64,000 nucleotides of DNA from Squalus acanthias (Eukaryota): the NCBI GenBank assembly GCA_030390025.1, contig CM059432.1, positions 66,032,001 through 66,096,000 of the forward strand, given 5' to 3'. This document shows positions 12,401-25,654 of this stretch, in pieces (within the stretch, counting starts at the first letter, position 1; each line of letters opens with the position of its first letter). A model generated the notes under the pieces. That model was not told where the DNA came from. It worked only from the letters and a program-made list of their open reading frames with translations, and ran no database searches. The translations under genes and the position numbers were made by a program.

Positions 12401-13530
12401 CTATTGTTTTTATCTGTTTTTTCACCTCTTCCTGGCGATCACATGGCTTTCGGGTGGGATGGGGCGTTTCTATATTGTGATGCACATGGCATCGCAGTTG
12501 TGTGGCATAGCCTGCATGGACCAAAGGGACTTTTCCTATCCGTCATTGTTCATATGTTCGCATGTAAACTGTATAAATATTTGATTTTAAGATTTGTTGT
12601 GATTTAAAATTATTATGGACTCCCTAATGCTGATCTCAAGTGCAGATGGGATTGCTATAAGCGAGGACATAATGTTTTTGGTATTCACTTCTGTAGCTGG
12701 GCACTCATGGTTAACATAAATCAAGAATTCTTAAAGCCAAATAGTTTATACAGTCTTTTAAAATGATTGTGTCAGGCGTGTGGAGTTGCAGACTGGTGCA
12801 TGAACAGGTATATCAGTTAACAAACCAACTGTGCAGTGGAACTAATCTTACCCCCATCGTCATGCTTCAGAGTCTGCAAACAAACTACGCAGAAATCGTC
12901 ACCTGGCATGGAGTGCACAATCTTCTTGATTATGCTAGCCATACTGATGTTGTAGACATCCGATTTGAATGTTGTATATCATGATTACTCAGCACCAACT
13001 GTTTAATCCATGTTCTCATGTAAGGGGTCTTGCCAATGGCACTTGCCCACTGTGAGGCTGTCTCCCTCTCCAGGGTGCTGAACAACACATTCGTGTAGGC
13101 TGGAGTCCTTTCATAATTTGCTCCTTTTTATCACAAATTCTTCTCACAGCTTGGCCCTGGACTTCACATATTGGCAAAGGGAATCCCTTCTGTGGCACAT
13201 ATAAAAGCTCGAAGCCTTGAATCAGAATTGTTTGGACATAGATCGAATAAAACATAAGCTTAACCTGCACTAGAACTTTGGTGTCAATGAAGAAAGCGAA
13301 AAGCTTCCAGCACAATAGTTTTTGCCTGTCACGTTGATCAGTAGAGTTGCAAGAGTACAAAAGTGGGATTTACAGGTGACTAGCCAAATGCAATATATTA
13401 GTCACTGACTAATTAATAATGAAATGCTAAGGAGGTGTGGAAATATTTCTAGTATCTGAACAATAGTGCTAAACTGATCAGTATAGCCAACTTGCATTGT
13501 TCAGTACAAAGGAACCAAAATAGCCACATT

Positions 13531-13828
13531 GAGGTAAATTTTCATGGGCGTTCTCCAGCTCATCGGCCATAACTTCGGCAGACAAGCCAAAGAAAGGCAG
13601 CGTAAATGCCGTATTTACAGGGTTTTCGCAGCTTTTACGCCGAGGTTTTTGTTAACCAAAGGTATTAAGGGATATGGGCCAAAGGCGGGTGTATGGAGTT
13701 TGGTCGCAGATCAGCCATGATCTCACTGAATGACGGAACAGGCTCGAGGGGTTGAATGGCCTATATCCGTTCCTATGTTCCTAGGTTAGGGTGGACGAGT
13801 GGGGGAACCTCCATGGAAATTCACCCCC
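13531..13828. mobile_element. Short Harbinger-type MITE with a nested CR1 3' fragment (about 13650-13782)
   Basis: Ends gaggtaaatttt / gaaattcacccc. Related copies at about 15257-15407, 26006-26186 and 48781-48952. Confidence 0.65.
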
Positions 13829-14223
13829 ATTCACCTGAACTATCCTTCTAGGTAGGAATGCTGTGGAAACAGCAGGGAAAATTGGGTGACGAGGCCTACC
13901 CATGCCTCCTCATCCCAACTTTAATTTCCCTACTCTAGATCCTTACGGGACCACCTCTGGTTACCCCTTCACCAAATGTTGCATGCAAATACTGGAGGCA
14001 GGTGAGGCCCAGGTTCCTGGCCCATTTCTCTCCTCCCCACCCTTCTTAGCTCCAGTGGTAGGGATCTCACTGGGAGCTTGCCATGATTAAGTAATGACCC
14101 ATGACCCAGGAAACTAGGATGGTATTATGTTGGGTCGTGGCAGTGGGCAGAAGTCCCACCACAATCTTGTAGGTCAAATTAAAGAATATCTAGCCAGTTG
14201 AAGAAGGAAATTAGACCATTATA

Positions 14224-14668
14224 CAGGAAACTCTCGTTTAAATGGTACCTAAATATCCGGAATCATCTATTAACCTGGCAAAATTTAGGAGTGGGTTCAG
14301 GTAAGTTTTACTGTATATTAGTGGCCGTGTAACCGGGGTTCCTGCACCTGTGGCCGTGTAACAAGGACACCTGGATCTGTGGCCGTGTAACCGGGACTCC
14401 TGCACAAGTGGCCGTGTAACCGGGACTCCTGCACAAGTGGCCGTGTAACCGGGACTCCTGCACAAGTGGCCGTGTAACCGGGACTCCTGCACAAGTGGCC
14501 GTGTAACCGGGACTCCTGCACAAGTGGCCATGTAACCGGGACTCCTGCACAAGTGGCCGTGTAACGGGGCTCTCGTACCTTGGTAGGTATACATCTCTGT
14601 TATCTGGAATTTTCAATAAACCGGCACCATCCCGGTCCCATAGGTGCCGGATACCAAAGAGTTACCTG
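14224..14668. mobile_element. Tc1/mariner (pogo/Tigger-like) MITE
   Basis: TA|caggaaactct ... agagttacctg|TA: an 11-bp TIR with 1 mismatch and a TA target duplication. Confidence 0.7.
14322..14570. repeat. 29-bp minisatellite, about 8.5 units
   Basis: Unit gtggccgtgtaaccgggactcctgcacaa, head-to-tail with no spacers. Confidence 0.95.
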
Positions 14669-16256
14669 TATCTTGATCAATATTATTAACTAATTTGGTT
14701 TGCATTGCTTTGACACCTGCCTGAATCTTAAATACCAATAACATTTAATTTTCTGATCTAAACTCATTTGCATAATTATTCATAACTCCAGGTGCAAACT
14801 CAGGCGGCTCTAAGGATGAAGTCACTGGTAGGAAGCCAAATTTAAAGGGGTGGTGAGTGTCACAAGAAGGGGGATAAAATTCAGCAAGTTCTGGGAGAGC
14901 ATTACGATGGATTTCAATTCATCAGCTGCCTTTTCCAAGACAGAAGAGGCAGGGGATTAAGGCGTGATAGGCCAAGATGAAAGGACGAGGAAACCTAGGT
15001 GCAGATATGAGTTTCCGGACAAGTCGCAGACCAGCCCAGCACCCGGTCTCCTCTTTGGCTGCTGCATGAGATGCAAGTGAGGAAGGTTGCCCTCTGTACC
15101 ATTCCATAGCACCTTCCCACTGCATCTTTCATAAAGATTAAAAGAAAAGTACAAATGAGCACTGCGTACCTGCAAGAAGGTGCAGCCAAGTTTCAGGCCA
15201 CAGCTGACCATTACTAATCCTGTGCATGTGCTATGCTGCATGGGAGTAGCATTTGCTGGGAATTTCCTCGGGGATTCTCCTAATCAGCCGAGATAACTTT
15301 ATCAGATAAATTGGTGGAAACACAGTTTACATAGTGTACCGGGGTTTCCAGCCATCTTCCGCTGAAGTTACAGTGGCCAATCGGAGTTCCCCCAAGGAAA
15401 TTCCCAGTGATTGTCATAGCAGATAGTACAACTCAGCATCTGCCTTTCTGCCGACCCAGACCCTGAGAAGACAGGTTCTCATGGTCATTACCAGATAGGT
15501 TTTCCAGGACTTGCAGAAATGGTTGGTGGCATCTTGGCAAGTACGGCCAGACAGTCAACTCCGGCCCCTGATCACCCTGGCGTGCCTTCTTTCGTGAAGT
15601 TATGGCGGCCAGTCAGGAGAACTCTTGAAGCAATTACTGGTGAATGTGGCTACCCTATAGCATCTCATATGGGATGCAAGTAATTCCTTCTCATTTCACT
15701 AGAATGACTCAGAAGAGATGGAGATCACAAATGGTGGGTCTTTATGAGGCATCTAACTCAAAGTTATTTATAAGAAGAAATTTATGTTTTCTTACGACAC
15801 TGCTAGAAGGGAGTACTCTGAACAGAAAGTATTCCCTCTATACTTTCCTACAATGTAACCATTTTCCCAATTTCTCAATTAGCGGTTGGTTAGATTAATT
15901 TTAAATCACCTCTTATATTGCCCTGACAACAAGCTTACGCTCCAACCTCACAAAAAGCACACTGATTGTATCACCGTGATTATTCCTTTTATCAATTATC
16001 TTCATGGCCATTTCTGAAAACTGAAAAGTTGGTAGCAGCTGAAGTAATATACAGCATAATTTTGTGTTATTAACTAGATTGTGACTGCCTAAACCCACTT
16101 AAGGCTTTTAGTCAAAAAAGACAGCTTTTAATCCTACCCCTCTCAGATGGATTGAACTCTGGAGTGAAAGAAGTGGTCTAAACCATTAATTTAGCCATTC
16201 TCTTGATTGTCTGACATTCTCACTATAAAGTACGCACACTAAGTAATACAACTTAC

Positions 16257-16347
16257 CTTCGGTGTGAATTGCGGTTGCTATTCACATGCCCTCTTCCTGT
16301 GCAGCCTGGGGTTGGGCACCTGAGCACATTCTCATGCATGGCAAGGA
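16257..16347 (-). CDS. ST18: ST18 exon encoding most of the second CCHHC zinc finger (91 nt)
   Basis: attcag|(I)[29 protein letters not shown](S)|gtaagt. Phase 1 to 2. Confidence 0.96.
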
Positions 16348-17074
16348 CTGAATATAGGAAAAGATGCAACAAAACAAGTCTGTGTCAGTGACGATGCTGA
16401 TTCATTTCAGTTTGTTTGCTTTTCCTTCAGTGTCTAATCTATCTATCTATCTATGTATATATATACATACATGAATAATAATACATATGTAAATAAGAAA
16501 TTTACATAGAATATATTGCATATAATAAAATCTGCTTAATGCAGGAATGCAAAGGTTCAAATGGAGCCATCGAATTCTGCTGTACGACAGTAATTTCATG
16601 TAAAAACTGAATACAATTTGCCCCCTCCTGTCCTGAAAATGCTGACTTTGGCTGGTGTATGGTTCCAAGCATGCTGACAGTCCTGTGATAACTTGCCCAA
16701 TTAACCATTCTCCACATATGTGGCTTGACAATGGCTGTTAGCCAACTAGTCCACGATAGAGCCATCAAAGCTGAGCCTGAACCTGTCCTCACCAGACATC
16801 CACACCAATGCAGAAGTCGCAGGACAATGCCACAGGGTGCCCCAAAGGCAGCTGTAGGATGGAAAGATGATTTCGGAAATTGGTCCTGATGGTTGCTGGG
16901 AGCACAGAAGGACTTGAGTAATTTTATGAAAAGGCAAGGTGCTTTTCCTTCTTGGGAAGCTCCACAGTTCCTACTTAGCATCTGTTCATTCAGATGAGTA
17001 ACCTCCATTCTCCATTCACCCATTCTGTGGCATGGAATGTTCCTTAAACCAACAGCAGTGCCACTTTAATGTTT

Positions 17075-17465
17075 CAGGAACTCGGCTGCCCGTATCCTAA
17101 CTTGCACCAAGTCCCGTTCACCCATTACCCCTGTGCTCGCTGACCTACATTGGCTCCCAGTTAAACAACGCCTCGATTTTAAAATTCTCATCCTTGTTTT
17201 CAAATCCCTCCATGGCCTCGCCCCTCCCTATCTTTGTAATATCCTCAACCCCCACCGAGATATCAGCGCTCCTCTAATTCTGGCCTCTTGAGCATCACTG
17301 ATTTTAATCGTTCAACCATTGGTGGTCATGCCTTCAGCTGCCTAGGCCCTAAGCTCGGAAATTCCCTCCCTAAACCTCTCCGCCTCTCTAACTCTCTTTC
17401 CTCCTTTAAGATGCCCCTTAAAACCTACCACCTGCCCTAATTTCTCCTTATGTGGCTCGGCGTGA
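17075..17465 (+). mobile_element. L2-clade LINE 3' fragment (tail resumes at about 19408-19540)
   Basis: QNSAARIL-like sequence followed by SPITPVLADLHWLPVKQRLDFKIL. The tail tgtgaagcgccttgggacg...tatataaatacaagttgttg follows the intervening insertion. Confidence 0.85.
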
Positions 17466-17467
17466 AT

Positions 17468-19405
17468 TAAAAAAAAAATTGTTCTGGGATGTGGGCGTCG
17501 CTGGCAAGGACAGCATTTATTGCCCATCCCTAATTGCCCTTGGTGGTGGTGAGCCGCCTTCTTGAACCGCTGCAGTCCGTGTGCTGAAGGTATTCCCACA
17601 ATACTGTTAGGGAAGGAGTTGCAGGATTTTGACCCACCAACAATAAAGGAACAGCGATATATTTCTAAGTCAGGATGGTGTGTGACTTGCAGGGCAACTT
17701 GGAGGTGATGGTGATTCCATGCACCTGCTGCACTTGTTCTTCTAGGTGGTAGAGGTCGCGGGTTTGGGAGGTGCTGTCGAAGAAGCCTTGGCGAGTTGCT
17801 GCATCTTGTAGATGGAACACAATGCAGTCACATTGCGCCAGTGGTGCAGGGAGTGAATGTTTAAGGTGGTGGATGGGGTGCCAATCAAGTGGGCTGCTTT
17901 GTCCTGGATGGTGTTGGACTTCTTGAGTGTTGTTGGAGCTGCACTCATCCAGGCAAGTGGAGAGTATTCCATCACACTCCTTACTTGTGCCTTGTTGATG
18001 GTGGAAAGTCTTTGGGGATTCAGGAGGTGAGATACTCGCCACAGAATACCGAGCCTCTGACCTGCTCTTGTAGCCACTGTATTTATGTGGCTGGTCCAGT
18101 TAAGTTTCTGGTCAATGGTAACCTCCAGGATGTTGATGGTGGGGGAATCATCGATGGTTATGCCATTGAATGTCAAGGGGCGGTGGTTAGCTTCTCACTT
18201 GTTGTTGGAGATAGTCATTGCCTAGCACTTGTGTGGCATAAATGTTACTTGCCACTTATCAGCCCAAGCCTGAATGTCGTACAGGTCTTGTTGCATGCGG
18301 GCATGGACCACTTCATTATCGGAGGAATTGCGAATGGAACTGAACACTGTGCAGCCATCAGCGAACATCTCCACTTCTGCTCTTATGATGGAGGGAAGGT
18401 CATTGATGAAGCAGCTGAAGATGGTTGGGCCTAGGGCACTGCCCTGAGGAACTCCTGCAGTGATGTCCTGGGGCTGAGATGATTGACCTCCAACAACCAG
18501 AACCATCTTCCTTTGTGCTAGGTATGACTCCAGCCAGTGGAGAGTTTTGCCCCTGATTCCCATTGACTTCAGTTTTACTAGGGCTCCTTGATGCCACACT
18601 CGGTCAAATGCTGCCTTGATGTCAAGAGCAGTCAGTCTCACCTCACCTCTGGAATTCAGCCCTTTTGTCCAAGTTTGGACCAAGGCTGTAATGAGGTCTG
18701 GAGCCGAGTAATCCTGGCGGAACCTGAACTGAGCATTGGTGAGCAGGTTATTGGTGAGTAAGTGCCACTTGATAGCAATTTCGACGACACTTTCCATCAC
18801 TTTGCTGATGATTGAGAGTAGGCTGGTGGGGCTCTAATTAGCTGGATTGGATTTGTCCTGCTTTTTGTGGACAGGACATACCTGGGCAGTTTTCCACATT
18901 GTCGGATAGATGCCAGTGTTGTAGCTGTACTGGAACAGCTTTGCTAGAGGCGTGGCTAGTTCTGGAGCTCAAGTCTTCAGGTCGACAGCCAGAATGTTGT
19001 CGGGACCCACAGCCTTTGTTCTATCCAGTGCGCTCAGCCATTTCTTGATATCATGTGGAGTGAATCGAATTGGCTGATGACTAGTTTCTGTGATGGTGGG
19101 GTCCTCAGGAGGAGGCCGAGATAGATCATCCACTCGGCACTTCTGGTTGAAGATGGTTGCAAATGCTTCAGCCTTGTCTTTTGCACTCACGTGCTGGGCT
19201 CTGCCATCATTGAGGATGGGGATATTCATGGAGCCTCCCAGGGCCACTCCCTCCTGACTGTATACTACTGTGCCACCACCTCTGGTGGGTCTGTCCTGCT
19301 CGTGGGGCAGGACATACCCAGGGATGATGATGGAGGAGTCTGGGACATTGGCTGAAAGTTATGATTCTGTGAGTATGACTATGTCAGGCTGTTGCTTGTC
19401 TAGTC
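17468..19405 (-). mobile_element. CR1-group LINE (second family), RT to 3' end
   Basis: ALDIKAAFDRVWH, GVPQGSALGP, MFAD and QVRSVMEYS; A-rich tail at about 17470. Confidence 0.9.
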
Positions 19406-19547
19406 TGTTTTATCACACTTCTGTGAAGCGCCTTGGGACGTTTTACTATGTTAGAACACAGGAAATAGGAGCAGGAGTAGGCCATATGCCCCCTTGAGCC
19501 TGCTGTTAAAGGCTCTATATAAATACAAGTTGTTGTTGTCGCCACCC

Positions 19548-20300
19548 ATGAGTCAAGTGTCAGTCTAACCACCACCCCATGACATTCAGCGGCATTTCCA
19601 TCGCCTGAATCCCCCACCATCAACATCCTGGGGGGTCACCATTGACCAGAAACTTAACTGGACCAGCCACATAAATACTGTGGCAACAGGAGCAGATCAG
19701 AGGCTAGGTATTCTGCGGCGAGTGTTTCACCTTCTGACTCCCCAAAGCCTTTCCACCATCTACAAGGCACAAGTAAGGAGTGTGATGGACTACTCTCCAC
19801 TTGCCTGAATGAGTGCAGCTCCAACAACACACAAGAAGCTCGACACCATCCAGGACAAAGCAGTCCGCTTGATTGACACCCCATCCACCAACTTAAACAT
19901 TCACTCCCTCCACCACCGGTGTACCGTGGCTGCAGTGTGTACCATCTACAAGATGCACTGCAGCAACTCGCCAAGGCTTCTTTGGCAGCACCTCCCAAAC
20001 CCGCGAACTCTTCCACCTAGAAGGACAAGGGCAGCAGGCGCATGGGAACACCACCACCTCCAAATTCCCCTCCAAGTCACACATCATCCGGACTTAGAAG
20101 TATATCGCCGATCCTTCATTGTTGCTGTGTCAAAATCCTGGAACTCCCTCCCTAACAGCACTGTGGGAATACCTTCACCACTCGGACTGCAGCAGTTCAA
20201 CAAAGCGGCTCACCACCACCTTCTCAAGGGCAATTAGAGATAGGCAATAAATGCTGGCCTTGCTAGCAATGCCCACATCCCATAAATGAATAAAAAAAAG
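19548..20300 (+). mobile_element. 3' fragment of the same LINE family in opposite orientation
   Basis: MSAAPTTHKKLDTIQDKA...SWNSLP; ends gaataaaaaaaag. Confidence 0.9.
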
Positions 20301-20899
20301 TCAAAGTCCGAATGTTAATGCAACCATCCATAATAATGTTTGGATGACAAGGGCCTTGTTCGTAATGAATAGACATTCTGGAGTGTAATGCAAAGAGGGG
20401 TGCTGACTGTTGATCCATTGGCAGAGTCCAAGGGGGCAGTGGTGGGTGAGGTGAGCAGAGTTGGAAGGAGGTTGACAAGGTTAGCTCCCAGTGGGCGCTG
20501 GGTGGGAAGGTCAGTGAGAGAGGAAGAAGGGGCAGTTGGGGTTGATGCTCAAAAAGAGGCAATGATAAGTGCCTCACAGGGCCCTTTGGAGAATGCCAAT
20601 CTGCTCAGCTGGTCTGTCACAAACCTTGTTACCAGGGTCCTGTGGTGGGAAGCTCCTCATAGAAACTGACATTACAAAGTTCTAAACAATCCTGTAAATT
20701 TTAATGTATGAATTTTAAATGATGGAATTTTTGTTGTTGTTCCAGTGGTAAAGGTTTTAGCAACGGACTGGCAGCAAGTTTGGTGTGACAGCAGTTAGTT
20801 TGTGACCAACCTACTCCTGCTTTCCTCTGGCTGGGTAAAGACCATGCCATGCATTGCATGAGTTGTCATCTGATCACCAACCTACAGGCTTATGGCATG

Positions 20900-21853
20900 A
20901 GGGGGGCTGGAGGAGCATGGGGCAGTGCGGGGGGGTGCGGGGGGTTGGGGAGGGAGCCGGGAGCACATTGGAGGGCCGGAGCAGCTGATCAGAGGGCCGG
21001 AGCAGCAAGGGAGGGTGGGGGAGCGGGGGGGAGCCAGGAGCACATCAGAGGGCCGGAGCGGCTGATCGGGGTACGGGGCAGCACCGGGGTCGGGGGTGGG
21101 GGTGGTGGTGGGAGCACATTGTAGGGCCGGAGCAGCTGATCGGGGGGGCCGGGACAGCACCGGGGTGGGGGGTGGGAGCACATTGTAGAGCCGGAGCAGC
21201 TGATCGAGGGGCCGGGGCAGCACTGGGGTCGGGGGTGGAGGTGGTGGTGGGAGCACATAGTATGGCCGGAGCAGCTGATCGAGGGGCCGGGGCAGCACCG
21301 GGGCGGGGGCGGAGGAGCATAATCGGGGGGCCAGGAGCAGCATCAAAGAGCCGGAGGAGCACAGGATGGGGGGCTCCGGTGCACATAGCAAGGGCCGGAG
21401 GAGCACGGGGGGACGGGCCGGGGCATGATCAGAGAGCCAGAGGATGGGAGGGGCGTCCAGAGCACATCGGGGTGGGGGGGGGAGCCAGAGGAGCATTAGG
21501 TCTTTGATCGCAGGGGGTGGGTTAGGCAGGAGCGCTGGATCCAGGAGGTAACTGTAAAGGCACTTACCTCCTGGATCCAGCAGTCTTCGCCTTGCATTAG
21601 CTGGCGGGTTTCCCGAGGCCTGCAAAACCCGATCAGCCTGTTTTTAAAATGGTGGTTAAATCAGAGGCATGCCTGCCTCATTATAATATTTAAATGGACG
21701 ACTCGCCACCTGGGAGCGGGTTGGTTGCCTGCCCCCCTGTCCCGTCTCCATTAAAACCGGAAGTGGGCGGGTTCTGGTTGGGATTCAGATTTTTAACACT
21801 TTAACTTCCCACCCAACCCCAACCCATCGTTTTTTTGAGTTAAAATTCCCCCC
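20900..21853. mobile_element. GC-rich Harbinger-type element with an internal imperfect tandem repeat (gggccggagcagctgatc units)
   Basis: Right end ttaaaattcccccc. Shares a hairpin, accggaagtggg and terminal sequence with 59599-60686. Left end not resolved. Confidence 0.7.
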
Positions 21854-23141
21854 AGTGAGTTTATCTAGTGAATAGCTGAGCTATACAGACCAGAAAGGCC
21901 CCAGGTTCCTAGGCCTGTGCTAGTTTAGTTGATCTCTTCCAGAGTAGTGGTATAATTGGCTTCAGTTCCCCTAAATTTGGGAGGTGAAAATCAGTCAATC
22001 TTTTTAGGTAAAAGTTCATTTTTAGTCTTTATTTCAGTCATATAATGTTTGAATAGATTTATTACTGTAAAATTAATATTAATTTCAGCATTGCAGTTTA
22101 TGATTTTAAAATCTGAGGGTCCTATTTACCATCTCTCTATAATGGTAAAACTTACAGTGCTATGGAGAAAGAGCAGGCGAGTGGGACTAATTGGATATCT
22201 TTTTCATAGTGCCGGCACAGGCACGATGGGCCGAATTGGCCTCCTTCCGTGCTGCATGATTCTATGATTGTAATGAAAAAAAGTATTCTTTAAATATAAC
22301 AACTATTTCTTTATTCTTATTCTTCCTTCCATTCCCAGTCTTTCTGTTTGCTCAGGTGCTCTTGCTTACTCCTTTCTCAGTCTCTCTTTTGGGACTGAGG
22401 AGCAAAGGAGCTGGGAGAGATTCTAATAAGAGTAAGGTTACAAGGTTAGATGGTTGGGCTATCTTGAATCTGGTATTGCATTGCCTACAGGTATTTCTAG
22501 TACCTTTGCCAGCTCAATGAAATAGACACCTGCACATTGGTGCTGCTATTGTGACTTCAGAACACTTGTTGCTGCCCTTACTGTTACCACAATAACATTT
22601 GATATAGACTCTAAGCTTTGTTCTTTATTATAAATATATATAAACAGTTAGGGTAGCTTAAATCTAATCAACTATCAATTCAACTGTTTAACAATAACTT
22701 TACTTCAAATGATAAACCAAGTGTGGGAGAATGATCCACATTGACGAGTGAGCCTATGAAATGAGCTGTCACTGAGTTCAGAGCCAGCAGGTGGGTTGTA
22801 GATTTAAGGACTCAGCTGTCCTTTTTTTACCATGTGCTGACTTTGGAATCATTAAGTAACAGGGTGGAGCCGTGAGCTATAATCATATCAATAACTGGAT
22901 TTGCCAAGCAGAACATTTGGTCCATTTAAACCATATGTTGAACTGAGGTATAGCCTGTTCTCAGATCTAGATTGCTTCATTCCTTTAATTTACACTTGTT
23001 TTTATTATAACTACAGAGATTTTGAATGTTTGTAATATCCCATCTGCGCACAATAGGTAAGGTTTTTGAATTATATACTGCACGTGCGTGCAAAAGTTTG
23101 GTTTAAGGTAGGAAAAGTGTGTTGCACTGCTGACTACTCAC

Positions 23142-23276
23142 TGTCTGGTGGCACTCTCATTTTGTGAGGACAGCCTGAAAAACTCCGGTGGTGAGGATAC
23201 AGCCCAGTAATATGACCACTGCCATCACAGCCTGGAGTAGGACACTTAGATTCTTTTTTGTCAGATCTAATAGAAT
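23142..23276 (-). CDS. ST18: ST18 exon encoding the first CCHHC zinc finger (135 nt)
   Basis: tttttacag|...[38 protein letters not shown]...|gtgagt. Not in the ORF track; translated by hand. Confidence 0.96.
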
Positions 23277-23489
23277 CTGTAAAAATCAGCAGAGCATTAG
23301 CAGTGAGTTAACTAACTAAAATACATCCACCTGGTCAGCCCTTTCTTACACCAATAATCCTGAACATTGAACTGTTGCTATGAGGAATGGGAATATTCAA
23401 CAGTCAAAACCATGCAGTTATAAGGATAAGGATAAGGGCAAGAGCTAGTAAATATCCCTCAATGAAACATTATGGTTGGGGGCGGCGGG

Positions 23490-24220
23490 GGGTAGAGTTT
23501 CCGCTTTGGGCGCGATCGGCAATCCGGGCGCAAATTGCACTCAAAATTGTGCTAGTTTTCCGAATTGATTTTATGGTTCAAGTTTCCACTCAAACTTATT
23601 TGCATAATCACAAATGTAAAATCATCCCTGAACCAGTGCAGCGTTTTAGAACGTAATTGATTTTTTTTTTCTTGCATTAAAAAATATTCCGTGATATATT
23701 TAAGAGTAGTAACCTGGTACAGTTTTATTAATACAGCTGAAAATGGGTTTAACACAAAAACTAAACATTTTTAATAAGAGTATCTAGTCCACCATCAGTG
23801 AATCACCAGATTTTAAAAAACTGAAAATGACTTAAGAAAACTATACAGAACCATTTACGAGTTTCATTGGTGTACAATAGACAGTTTCTTAGTCAATTTT
23901 AAGAAAATATTTAAGAGCTTTTAAAAGGTGTCTATTAGTGCCCTTGCGCTTAAAAAAAAGTTTAATTTTACGAGCCTCCTCCAAGGGCTGCAAATGGGCG
24001 CAATTAGCGGAAACTCGCCATGGCGATTAATTCGATTGGGGGCTCGGCCAGTTTTGTGGATGTGCGCGGCTTCCAGCACGAGGTTTTTAAAAAACCAGTG
24101 CAAAATATCGTGTGTTGAACGTAACTTGCGCCTGAAATTCCATGGTCTTTCACACCGGTTTGGACGATTTCGGCTGAATTGCACCAGAAATACCAGCGCA
24201 ACCAAGTGGAAACTCTACCC
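23490..24220. mobile_element. Harbinger-type MITE
   Basis: TIRs gggtagagtttcc / ggaaactctaccc followed by TTA. Collinear with 44131-45046. Confidence 0.85.
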
Positions 24221-25654
24221 TTAGCTGTTAGTTCTCGTGTTGTTTGCATACTGACGCTATGCTTTACCCCAGTACATCTAAAACATTTTCTAAACTGTAA
24301 TCTCAAACTGTATTTCTGGAACGATTTATACAGTAATTGTGCTTCAATAATTCTGTAACTCTTGGTGACTATGCCACACAAAAGCACTTACTCACGTCAG
24401 TTAGATATCCATACATCCAATAAAAAGTTATATTTTCTTGCCTTGAAAGGGATAGGCACTATTAAAATACTCATGAATAAAGTACAAAGGAATTTTAATA
24501 AAAAAATAAAAATGAACCAGTTCTTAGAAAAAAATAGTTAATAACAGTTTAATCCATATAAAACACAAAGACTGCATTTACCCTACAACTGTAGTATCAG
24601 TGCAAAGTAGTTTTGTTTCTGGAGGAGAGTCTCAATCTGATTCACTCTAGAGTCAGCTTGTGTGCTGACTCATGACTTTGTAGTGTCAGTGCACGGCAAA
24701 ACCTCTTTGCAGTGACACTACAGTTGTAGTGTAATGCATCCTTAAGGTCCAGTCCCATGATAATACAACGGTACAAGATGTTAAAGCTTCAATGTACTCT
24801 GTCACAGAATGACAGGATGCTGGTTTGCATCCACAATGCCCCTTATATACTGTGGCTTCTGATTTCAATTGTACTATTGTGGGAATCACAGAGTGGAGAA
24901 AAGCTATTTCATAAATGGAGGGAGAGAAGATTGATGGATCAGTCACTCCAGGTGCTCTTGTGCACCTTCTGGAGTGGCATTAATGGAGGGCTGGGAACAG
25001 GTGTACAGGCAGGTATTTGTAGCCCTCAGAAAAAGAAATGGAAGAAACAATAATTTGCAAGAAATAATATGCATGGGCAAAAGAAAATGGTAGCACCCAG
25101 TTCTCCATCACTCCTAAGTGCTAGACTCAAACACAAACAGGATTTGTGCAAAACTAAGAATTCAACCCTCCATCTGCAAGAACAAGTGTAAGGGAACCCG
25201 TGTCTGGTCTTGGAGCAAGGGATGGACTCACTAGAATTAACATGGGATGGCAAACCACAGTATACACAGTTCAGGCACATTCGTAGTGGCTCTTATATAT
25301 TTTTTTCTAAATGCTTATAACTAAACTAATTTATTTGTCAATTCTACAACATGGCACAGGAGTCTTGCCACAGAGGAAAACAGTTTTTCTCTATTTATTA
25401 CATATTCTGGGGTAGATTTTCCATTTCTCCAAAGTATACACTCATCTTCTGCCCAGGTTATGGTGGGAGATCGAGCAAAACCCACAGAAACTTCAAACAT
25501 CTATGTTTTACTATATTTCCACCCATTAATTTAACTCGCCCTTACTTATGCCTTTTTAAAATTCAGGTATTGAGTATTAGAGCACTAACACATTGGGCAA
25601 GAATACAGGTTCCATCGTCATTCCACTCAATTTTCCATTTGAACTCTGCTAAGT

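Noticed and set aside
14322..14570. CRISPR-like 29-bp repeats
   Set aside because: Units are contiguous with no unique spacers, there are no cas genes, and the context is vertebrate.
20849..21625. Pro/Gly-rich ORFs, also at 59794-60442
   Set aside because: Products of GC-rich tandem repeats inside non-autonomous elements.
23093..23099. AAAGTTT (MYT1-family site) as autoregulation
   Set aside because: A 7-mer expected by chance several times in AT-rich 64 kb, with no clustering seen.
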